Assembly: GCA_963555985.3 (NCBI GenBank)
Contig: OY820591.1
Coordinates: 1,472,001 to 1,536,000, forward strand
DNA length: 64,000 nt
Direction of reading: 5' to 3'
DNA from: Dehalococcoidia bacterium
GTDB lineage: Bacteria > Chloroflexota > Dehalococcoidia > Bin125
In this document: in pieces, positions 29,802 through 38,200 of the stretch
Position numbering within the stretch: position 1 is the stretch's first letter
How the letters are laid out: the number at the start of each line of letters is the position of its first letter
Program-made: the position numbers and the translations under genes
The notes under the pieces: generated by a model
The model's input: only the letters and a program-made list of their open reading frames with translations
What the model was told of the DNA's origin: nothing
Database searches by the model: none

Positions 29802-29929
29802 CGAAGGCGGGGATCACTCGCCGAGTCCAGCGCTCAAGCCCCATCCCACCCCTCCTCCCCTCCCCCACAGAACCTGGCCGCCTCCCAACTCAACTGTGCA
29901 CGCGGCAACACCGCACCCAACCCCAGACC

Positions 29930-30187
29930 GTCACAGAACGTCCGTCCACATATAATCGAGCGCAGCCAACCCCGCACCCCTCACCAACGGAACCCGTCAT
30001 GACCGCCAACACCGAATCTGGACAGACCTGGACAAACCCGGACCCATGCCTGCAATTCCGCTCTAAACAGCCCCAAACCCAGCCAAATCGAGCCAAATCT
30101 GGACTTTTCCGGACTACCTGTCGCCACATTCCCCGCTCACAACGACAAATTCGCGGTGACCGCCCAGAAATTCTCTCGTGCCCATGA
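29930..30187 (+). repeat. 10-bp-phased intergenic element, copy A (contains a 62-codon ORF at 29999-30187)
   Basis: About 11 decamers such as GACAGACCTG GACAAACCCG ... AGCCAAATCT GGACTTTTCC, then CAGAAATTCTC; colinear with 43925-44165. Confidence 0.7.
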
Positions 30188-30249
30188 CTGACACTTGCCC
30201 GCCCGCTTACATTCGGCGAATACCCTGTACGAGTGAATGAGAGGCCGCT

Positions 30250-31293
30250 ATGAGGGGACCGCTCGCGCGACTAAGTCGAAGGCAGCTCGTGATCGCCGCT
30301 GCCGCTGCCGTCGTCGGCGTGATCGTGATCGTCGTCTTGGTGATCGTGCTTTCGAGCGACGCGCCGCCGCCCGCGACGATTGAGTCCGCCGTCGAATCCG
30401 TGCGGCAGCAAGATCAGCAAGAGGCTGCCCAATCGGAGCGACAATCCGACACTGCCACCAGTGAGGCGGAAGCAGCGTCTCAGACCGAGCAACAATCAGA
30501 CGCCACAGCCGACCAGCAGTCCAGTGGGCCGCAACAGGCGGTGAGCGCCGCTGCGGAAGAAGACTCGGACGGCGAAACCAGCTCAGCGAGCGACGAAGAC
30601 AGCGCAGCGAGCGGCTACGGCGACGACTACGGCTCCACAACCGAGGACGCCACGCGACAGTCGGAGCCGGAACAAGAGCAGTCAGCCCAGGCCGAGCAAC
30701 AGGCCCAACAACAGGCCGCAGCAAGCGTCGCCGCTCCAACTTCATTGGCGGATTTGGCCGGAACCTGGACCCTCTCCGAGCGAGGCGAGTCATTCGTCGG
30801 CTATCGCATCGGCGAGGAACTCGCCAACATCGGTACCGCCACCGCCGTAGGTCGCACAGGCGAAATCACCGCCACGCTGGAGTTCGACGGCGCAGCGATC
30901 ACCTCAGTCACCATCGAAGCCGACCTGCGCACCCTCCGCAGCGATCAATCCTTCCGCGACAGCGCCCTCCGCACGCGCGGCCTGGAGACCGACACCTATC
31001 CCTTCGCCACCTTCACCTTGACCGAACCGATCGCGATCGCCGATCTGCCAGCCGCTGACGAACCGGTCAGCATCGACTGCGTGCAGGGCACGTTGGATCT
31101 GCACGGAGTGACCAACGAGGTCTGCATCGCGCTCGAAGGCCAGTTGCTAGACGGCGAACTGGTGGTGGTCGTCGGCTCAACCGAGATCGCGCTAGCCGAC
31201 TATGAGATCGAGCCGCCGACCGGCTTCCGAGTCTTGTCAATCGAAGAGGTCGGGCTCATGGAGTTTCAAATCGTCTTCGAGCGCGCCCAATGA
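30250..31293 (+). CDS. YceI-family membrane-anchored/secreted protein
   Basis: N-terminal TM, low-complexity acidic linker, then GTWTL...VGYRIGE...LRSDQSFRD...YPFATF...GTLDLHGVT. Confidence 0.88.
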   Translation: MRGPLARLSRRQLVIAAAAAVVGVIVIVVLVIVLSSDAPPPATIESAVESVRQQDQQEAAQSERQSDTATSEAEAASQTEQQSDATADQQSSGPQQAVSAAAEEDSDGETSSASDEDSAASGYGDDYGSTTEDATRQSEPEQEQSAQAEQQAQQQAAASVAAPTSLADLAGTWTLSERGESFVGYRIGEELANIGTATAVGRTGEITATLEFDGAAITSVTIEADLRTLRSDQSFRDSALRTRGLETDTYPFATFTLTEPIAIADLPAADEPVSIDCVQGTLDLHGVTNEVCIALEGQLLDGELVVVVGSTEIALADYEIEPPTGFRVLSIEEVGLMEFQIVFERAQ

Positions 31294-31379
31294 CCCCCGC
31301 ATCCGCGCGTTATGACGCGAAACCCCACAATTATCGGGCCAAATCGCACATAACCTACATAGTGCGATCATGAAGTGGA

Positions 31380-31706
31380 TCAGCTCCGGGTGCCCCCTGA
31401 GTCGCCGGCCGAGTTGAGATCGAACTTGAGATTGCCGAACGAGTCCTGCTGCACGTTCACGATCTCACCCTCCGCGTCGAGGTGCGCCAGGATCTGAAAC
31501 AGATCAACCTGCCGCAGGTCTTCGGACGCGTTCTCCATCAGCAGCGTCACCGACAGCCGCTCGCGCCGCCCAAGCCGTTGCGCCTCCGCTCGAAGCGCGC
31601 GCCGAACCGTATCCACATCGGCAAGCGTCGCCGCCTCGGCCTGGGCGGCCTGCTGAACCGACCGCAGCTCGCTCAGCCGCTTCCTCAGCCCCTCAAACAG
31701 TCCCAT
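31380..31706 (-). CDS. Hypothetical protein (possible winged-helix-like C-terminus)
   Basis: 108 aa, AGGAG SD, overlaps the stop of the TPR gene. Confidence 0.65.
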   Translation of the reverse strand: MGLFEGLRKRLSELRSVQQAAQAEAATLADVDTVRRALRAEAQRLGRRERLSVTLLMENASEDLRQVDLFQILAHLDAEGEIVNVQQDSFGNLKFDLNSAGDSGGTRS

Positions 31707-32319
31707 CGCTGCTCCTGTTCACCCCGATACGTTCGGCAGCCCCATCAAGCAGCGCCAGCGTATCCGGCTGCGCCGACCGCAGCGCTGAGCGCCGCTCCTC
31801 AAGCTGACCGGACACTGCCCACAGTCCGACCAGCAGTGTCGCCGCCGCTCGCCAGTCATCAACCCCGGCCGGCAACTCGTCATACGGCCCCTCGCCCCGC
31901 GCAAGGATCACCGCGCGCCGCCCCGCCGCCGCATCTGCATCAGCCCCGAACTCCTCGATCACCGCGTCGAATTCATGCGCCGCCGCCTCCAACTCGTTTC
32001 GCGCCAGGCAAACGTTGCCATGCACGATCCGGGAGTCGACATCATACGGACGCGCATTCGCGCACCGGCCCGCGAATCGGGCCGCCTCCTCAAGGTTGCC
32101 GGCCAACAGCTGCGCGGCTGCAAGACGCAGCAGACGCTCGTCATTATGTTGCCCATCAGCCGCTTCGAGCAGGACCAACGCCTCCCCTGCCAACGCTCGA
32201 ACTTGCGACGGAGACCCGCCCGAGCGCAGCATGGCCTCGGCGCGCCCAAGCAAGGACACGACCTCCGTGTCGTCGCGGCTGACGCGGAATCGTCGGCGGA
32301 CTGCATCAATCAGACTCAT
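31693..32319 (-). CDS. Tetratricopeptide-repeat protein
   Basis: TPR-like helices (AAAQLLAGNLEEAA...RPYDVDSRIVHGNVCLARNELEAAAHEF); start taken at MSLID. Confidence 0.7.
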   Translation of the reverse strand: MSLIDAVRRRFRVSRDDTEVVSLLGRAEAMLRSGGSPSQVRALAGEALVLLEAADGQHNDERLLRLAAAQLLAGNLEEAARFAGRCANARPYDVDSRIVHGNVCLARNELEAAAHEFDAVIEEFGADADAAAGRRAVILARGEGPYDELPAGVDDWRAAATLLVGLWAVSGQLEERRSALRSAQPDTLALLDGAAERIGVNRSSDGTV

Positions 32320-32391
32320 AGCTCGTTGATAGCGTAGAGACGGGCGCTGCCGATCGTCATCCTGCGCCCGCATACGCTCGCGGAGTCCGGC

Positions 32392-33597
32392 GTGAAACAC
32401 ATCATCCATGCCGACCTGGACGCCTTCTACGCCTCAGTTGAGCAGCGCGACCGACCCGAGTTGCGCGGCAAACCCGTGCTTGTCGGCGGCTCCCCCCGCG
32501 CTCGCGGCGTTGTCGCAGCCGCATCCTACGAGGCTCGCGAATTCGGTTGCCGCTCCGCGATGCCAATGCGCACCGCCGTGCGGCTCTGTCCCCATGCTGA
32601 GATCGTCCGCCCGCGCTTCAGCCGCTACCGAGAAGCCTCTTCGCAAGTCATGGCCGTCTTCCGACAAGTCACGCCGGTGATCGAGCCCTTATCGATGGAC
32701 GAGGCCTTCCTGGACGTGACCCATCGGGTAGACGCAGGCCAACAGCCGGTCGAAATCGCCCGCTGGATCAAACAACGGGTGCGAACCGAGACCGAGTTGA
32801 CGATCTCCTGCGGCGCGGGCACGAGTAAGTCCGTCGCCAAGATCGCCTCCGACTGGGACAAACCGGATGGTCTCACCATCGTGCAACCAGGCGAGGAAGC
32901 GGACTTCCTCGCGCCGCTGGACATCGCCGAACTCTGGGGAATCGGCCCCAAAACCGCCGAGCGCCTGCGCGCCGCAGGCGTGACCACGGTCGGCGAGTTG
33001 GCCGAGCGTCCGATTGCCTGGCTCGTCGACCGCTTCGGCTCTCGCGGTGAGTGGTTTCATCAGTTGGCGCTGGGAAATGACGACCGTGCAGTCTCGTCCG
33101 AGCGCGAAACGAAGTCGATCTCTTCCGAGACCACCTTCGCTGAAGACGTTGGCGACGGAGAGCATCTAGCCTCAATCGTCCGCGATCAGGCAGACGGAGT
33201 AGCCCAGCGCCTCCGCGAGCACGGCTTGCGTGCGCGAACCGTGCAAGTCAAACTCCGCTTGTCCGATTTCACCACCTTCACTAGACAGCGGACGCTTGAG
33301 ACTCCGATCGACCAGGCGGAGCTGATCGAAAGCGCTGCGCAAGCCCTGCTACGGATAGAACTCTCTCCAACCCGCAAGTTCCGCCTGATCGGCGTAGGCG
33401 TCTCCGGTTTGGAGCATGGCGAATCCGCCACGCAACTCTCGTTGTTCGACGGAGAAGGCCAAGCCCTGACCGCTCCGCCTGAGACCAGCGCGCGGCGCGG
33501 CCGCCAGCAATCGCTCGAACAGGCAGTGCGTGAACTGAACGAGCGCTTCGGTGAGAACGTGGTCAAGCTGGGCGCGAATTTGGGATCGGAGGACTGA
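32392..33597 (+). CDS. dinB: DNA polymerase IV
   Basis: IIHADLDAFYASVE, SYEAREFG, SMDEAFLD, AKIASDWDKPDG, LWGIGPKT. Confidence 0.96.
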   Translation: MKHIIHADLDAFYASVEQRDRPELRGKPVLVGGSPRARGVVAAASYEAREFGCRSAMPMRTAVRLCPHAEIVRPRFSRYREASSQVMAVFRQVTPVIEPLSMDEAFLDVTHRVDAGQQPVEIARWIKQRVRTETELTISCGAGTSKSVAKIASDWDKPDGLTIVQPGEEADFLAPLDIAELWGIGPKTAERLRAAGVTTVGELAERPIAWLVDRFGSRGEWFHQLALGNDDRAVSSERETKSISSETTFAEDVGDGEHLASIVRDQADGVAQRLREHGLRARTVQVKLRLSDFTTFTRQRTLETPIDQAELIESAAQALLRIELSPTRKFRLIGVGVSGLEHGESATQLSLFDGEGQALTAPPETSARRGRQQSLEQAVRELNERFGENVVKLGANLGSED

Positions 33598-33600
33598 TTG

Positions 33601-34287
33601 ATGCTGCACCCTCGGAACGCGGCAGTCGTGACGTTCGATTGCTACGGAACCTTGATCGACTGGCGGGGCGGCGCTCGTGCCGCGCTCGAAGCGATCCCCG
33701 AACTCGCGGGCGTCGAGCTCGATGCTCTGGTTGAGCGCCGCCTCGAAGTCGAGCTCGAAGTCGAGCACGAACGCTACCGTCCCTACGACCAAGTACTGGC
33801 GATCTCGCTCAGTCGCACCGCCTCCGAGCTTGGAGTCGAACTGCCGGATTCCGAGGCGCGCGGCTTCGCCAATTCAATCGCTCGCTGGCCGCCCTTCCAG
33901 GACGCTCCCGGATTTCTGCGCCGCTTGGCCACGGTTGGCACACCCCTGGTCATCCTCTCCAACGTCACCCGTGAAGCCCTGCAAGTCAGCGTGCGCAAGC
34001 TCGGCGCGAACTTTGACCAGCTGATCACGGCGGAGGACGTGAGGTCGTACAAGCCCGCTCCCGCCCACTGGCAGCGGCTCTACGATTCCCGCCGGATCGC
34101 GCCGGCCGCAGAGCTGCACATCGCCGGCTCGATCACGCACGACATCCGCCCCGCCGCCGCGCTCGGCGCCGAGACCGCCTGGGTCCGCCGCGCCCACGAA
34201 CCGATCCCCGATGATGTCCAGCCCGACCTGATCGTGCAGTCGCTCGCCGAGCTAGCCGACTACTGGCGCCTCCCCTACTCGCGCTGA
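33601..34287 (+). CDS. HAD-superfamily hydrolase (haloacid dehalogenase type II-like)
   Basis: TFDCYGTLIDW, LSN, SYKP, HDI. Confidence 0.9.
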   Translation: MLHPRNAAVVTFDCYGTLIDWRGGARAALEAIPELAGVELDALVERRLEVELEVEHERYRPYDQVLAISLSRTASELGVELPDSEARGFANSIARWPPFQDAPGFLRRLATVGTPLVILSNVTREALQVSVRKLGANFDQLITAEDVRSYKPAPAHWQRLYDSRRIAPAAELHIAGSITHDIRPAAALGAETAWVRRAHEPIPDDVQPDLIVQSLAELADYWRLPYSR

Positions 34288-34307
34288 CCGCTCCGCCGCA
34301 CCTGCAC

Positions 34308-34351
34308 TTGCCGCGAGAGCCTGTCCCCGCGAAGGGTGGGATCACTCGCCG
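34308..34351. repeat. Short intergenic repeat; uninterrupted counterpart of the MITE-filled site at 29634-29823
   Basis: TTGCCGCG.GAGCCTGTCCCCGCGAAGG..GGGATCACTCGCCG equals the left flank (29634-29659) plus the right flank (29802-29823) of the MITE. Confidence 0.8.
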
Positions 34352-34427
34352 TGATCTGCACGGTCGTCGCGCACACGGCGAGATTGCCCCCTGTTCATGC
34401 CAAAGACAGGCTGCGGCGCGGCGCTCG

Positions 34428-34880
34428 TCAATCGAGGTAGCGGCGGAGGAGGGGGGTGAAACCGGCTCGCGCGAACTCTTGATCAGCAGTGAGGATGCTG
34501 CTGATGCCGTACTCGCGCATGATCACGATGGCGACGCAATCCTGGAGCGAGAAGCTGGAATCGGAGAACTCGCCCGCGTAGAGGTCGAGGGCCGCTTCCA
34601 TGAGCGCCGGTTGGTGGGAGATCACCCGGTACCTGGGATCCGTGCGTATCTCGCGGATGTAGTCGACCAGGTCCTGTCGCAACGACCGACGTGCGCGCGG
34701 GAAGTGCGCCAGCATCTCCAGTAGGACGCCGTCGCTAGTGTAGAACGTCTGTTGAGTATCGAGCTGCCTGGACGTGGCGATCGCTGCGCCCCGCCAGTTG
34801 TCATTCGGCGAGAATAGGCCGATCAGGTAGACGCTGTCGACAAACAGCGGCTCGAGGGTTGGCAACGGGCGCCCCGGCAT
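34428..34880 (-). CDS. PIN-domain (VapC-like) ribonuclease toxin
   Basis: FVDSVYLIGL, VLLE, SLQDCVA, ILTADQEF acidic tetrad; TGATG coupling to the upstream ORF. Confidence 0.9.
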   Translation of the reverse strand: MPGRPLPTLEPLFVDSVYLIGLFSPNDNWRGAAIATSRQLDTQQTFYTSDGVLLEMLAHFPRARRSLRQDLVDYIREIRTDPRYRVISHQPALMEAALDLYAGEFSDSSFSLQDCVAIVIMREYGISSILTADQEFARAGFTPLLRRYLD

Positions 34881-35107
34881 CAATCGTCGCGCGGTACTAG
34901 AAACTGGTTGAGGAAGGCTTCCGTCTCCGCGGCGAGTTCCGGCGACAACTCCGGCGGCTCATCGCCGAACACCTTGCGGAACGTACCCAGCAGCACCTCC
35001 GCGCCTGTGCGGTGGTCGTCTTCGGGGATCGGCTCGAACTCGACGTACCAACTCGGACGCTCCCGACCCTCGGCGTCGGTTCCGTTGACCGCTGACTCCT
35101 CGGACAT
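34880..35107 (-). CDS. Putative acidic antitoxin
   Basis: 75 aa, acidic, AGGAGG SD, stop overlaps the PIN start; family not recognised. Confidence 0.6.
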   Translation of the reverse strand: MSEESAVNGTDAEGRERPSWYVEFEPIPEDDHRTGAEVLLGTFRKVFGDEPPELSPELAAETEAFLNQFLVPRDD

Positions 35108-35158
35108 GACAGCCTCCTGCGTCGATCCTACCGCGTTGACCCCGCACCCGGACGCGGC

Positions 35159-35242
35159 GTCTGAATCAGGATTTGGGGGATTGTCGGATTTGCAGGATTC
35201 CAATCCCGTGAATCCAAACATCCCCCCAATCCTGATTCAGAC
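35159..35242. repeat. 84-bp palindromic element with 9-bp-spaced GGATT/AATCC units
   Basis: GTCTGAATCAGGATT...AATCCTGATTCAGAC perfect 15-bp ends with internal GGATT/AATCC repeats. Confidence 0.85.
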
Positions 35243-35251
35243 AGTGGACGC

Positions 35252-38200
35252 CTACTTCGTCGTCGCCGTCACCGCGATCCGGTAGTGCGATCCAGACTCG
35301 AACCAGCCCACTCCGACGTATTGCAACCGGCCCTTATCCGCGATCGACCAACCGTTGCCTGACGGCGTCAGCGTTGCGGCCGAGCTCGTGAAGGTTGCTA
35401 GGTAGTGGGAGCCGCTGGCCGAGTTGGGGGCCTTGATGTAGACGAAGTAGGTCGTGCTCGCGCTCAGGTCGCAGCCGCTGGAGCAGGTGTAGGTATAGGA
35501 GCCGGCCGTCGAGGGACTGCTGCCGCTCAGCGTGGCCAGCGTCGTGCCCGTGTTGGGGTTCAACCCCGACGCCGCGTGCAGCGTCACCTCGAGGTCGGTC
35601 GGGCTCCCGACGGTCGCACGGAAGGCAATGGCGATGCTGGACAGCGTGTAGCCGCCCGTGTTGCTGCCCGTCGTGAACGCTTGTGCCACCCGTTGTGTCG
35701 GGCTGCCGCCGCCCACATTCACAACACCGTTATCGCCCCCACTCAGGGTGCTCACCGAGACGATGGCCAGCGTCGTAAACTCCGACGCCGACGCCAGCAG
35801 GTTGCCCGACGTACACCCGCTGTCGCTGTAGGCCGAGTAGGTGTACGACGTGCCCGCCGTGAGACCGGTCAGGTTCTTCGTCGTCCCGCTCACGGGGCCG
35901 TCGCAGGTCGCGCCGGTGTTGGTGTGCTTGTAGTACCAGTCGCCGGCGTGATTGGCGATGGTCAGCGTGGCGGTCGTCGCGGCGACGTTCGAGGCGGAGA
36001 GGTAGGGAGCGAGCGTGGCCGATACCCTGAACCTTCCGGTCCAACTCCGGTCTGCCCAGGAGCCGCGGGCTAGCTGCTTCAACCCATTGTCGATGCTCCA
36101 GCCGAAGTGGGCTGTGTTGGTCTCGTCGTCTCCATCCGTCGTATCCCATTTGTAGGCGGGGCCGGAGGTTGACGACAGCACCAGGAAATAGGGCGTATTG
36201 TCCGACAGGTGGCAAGTCCCGGAACAGGCGTAGGTGGCATTCCCGGCTGCGGCCGCGTTGCCGTTGACGTGAGTGAGGGTGTAGGTCGCCGTCGCGGCCG
36301 GGTTGTCGCTCGACGCAGCGTGAATTGCCACGCTGAGGGGGGCTTCGGTAGCCTGACTTGGCGCGAGGAACCCGAGTGTCACGCCTTGCAGCGTGTAGCC
36401 GCCGCTGTTGGTTCCCGTGCGGAATCCGGTTGCCACACTGTTGTTTGCGTTAACATTCTGGCCAAAGGTGTCCGAGGCCTCGCCCAGGTTGCTCACGTTC
36501 GGAATCAGATCAATCAGCGGCGCGCGCATTGCGGTAGCCGACTTGCCCCACTGGTTGGTACTGGTGATCTTGATGTTGTAGGCAGCGCCGTCGTCGACGT
36601 TGTACGTGGTACCGCCGACCGTCCAGCTCGAGATCGTGATGCTGTGCTGCGCGGCGGTGTCGTCCTGGTCGCTCATCGTGGCGCAGCGCGTGTAGGACGA
36701 GCCGGACACGGCGCAGTCGATCTCGTAGCCGGTGGTGTAGAAGTTCGGCTTCCAGGACAGCGTGACCGAGCCGCCGGAGCGGCTATGCGTCAAGTTGCGC
36801 AGTTCTGCGAAGGCCGGGTAGATATTCTCCGACCGCTTCCAGTCGCTGGCATCGGCCGGATCGCTCGTCACTGCGCGGACCGCCACCATGTACTTTCGCG
36901 CACTATGCAAATCGCCTCGCGGCCCGTCGTCCACGGTCAGATTGGTGGCTGAAGTCGTGTTGCCGCACTGCCACCAGGACCAGCCGTCCACGTCGCTGCA
37001 CACCAGGTTGTAGCCGCTCGCGCCCGTCACCGCTGCCCAGCTCACGTGTAGTTTCTCGTCGCGGGCGTTATCGCGCGTGATTGTCCCAAAGGTGGGCGCG
37101 GCGAGCTGGCTTTGGGATTGCGCGGAGGCGATCGAGGCGCCGCCCGAGGACTGGACGGTGTTCAGCCAGTCGGTCGCGGGCATCCGCGCGAGGTCGGTCC
37201 AGGGGCCGCGCACGGCGCCGATCCGGGCGCGCACGCCGACCTCGTCGATGGTCTCGCTGGTGGTGTAGCGGTGGGATGCGCCGGAGACGTTGCTGGCTAC
37301 GTCGTGCCAGGAGGAGCTGCCGGCGGTCCTGGCGCGGATGTCGTAGCCGGTGACGCCGCTGACGGTGAGGGTGTCCCAGAAGATGTCGAGGTAGCCGTCG
37401 CCGGGGGTGACGCTGAGGCCGGTGGGGGCGGCGGGCGCGGTCAGCGCGGGCAGGGTGTCGTGCAGCTTGAGCGCGCCGCCGTTGCGCCAGATTTGCAGGA
37501 TGATGCCGTAGCCGGTACCGGCGTCGAGGCCGGGCGCGGTCACGGGACCGGTGGAGTCGGCGCTCCAGATCGGCGCGCTGGTCCAGACCGTTCCGCTGCA
37601 GGAGGCGCCGTTGTACTGCGAGTCGTTGCAGACGATCACGCGGTAGTACTGGAAGCCGTCGCCGATGTAAGCGCTCCAGGAGACGCTGGCGCTGAGGCCG
37701 TCGTCGGCGCGGGTGGCGGTCAGGCTGAGTTCGTCGTTGTCGATCTCGGTGGCGGTGAAATCGACCTTGCCGGAGTAGTACTCGCGGGCGTCGTGGGTCA
37801 GGTCGCGGGCGCCGTCGGCGTAGTCGTTGTCCTCGGCGGCGACCAGGGTGACGGTCTGGGCGGTGTCCCAGTTGCCGGGGGTGAAGGTGAGTTTGAGCGA
37901 GACGACATCGGCGGCCTCGCCCTGGAAGGTGATGTCGGCGTCGTCGTTGTCGCGCACGGAGAGGCCGATGCAGACTTCGACGTCTTGCGTGGGCTGGAGG
38001 GCGAGCTTGACCTGGTAGCTGACCTGGCCGCCTTCGGGCACGGAGAGGGCGCTGAGGGCGTTGCCGCTCGCGTCCTGGACGATGATGCCGGGCAGGTTGG
38101 GGGTGGCGCTGGCCTGCGTCTCTGCGCCGCCGCCGTGGGCGTTCGCCGCGCGCAGGTAGATGGTGTAGGCGGCGCCGTTGGTCAGCCCGGCGACGAGGTA

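Noticed and set aside
32330-32392. SOS box upstream of dinB
   Set aside because: No GAAC-N4-GTTC-like sequence visible in the spacer.
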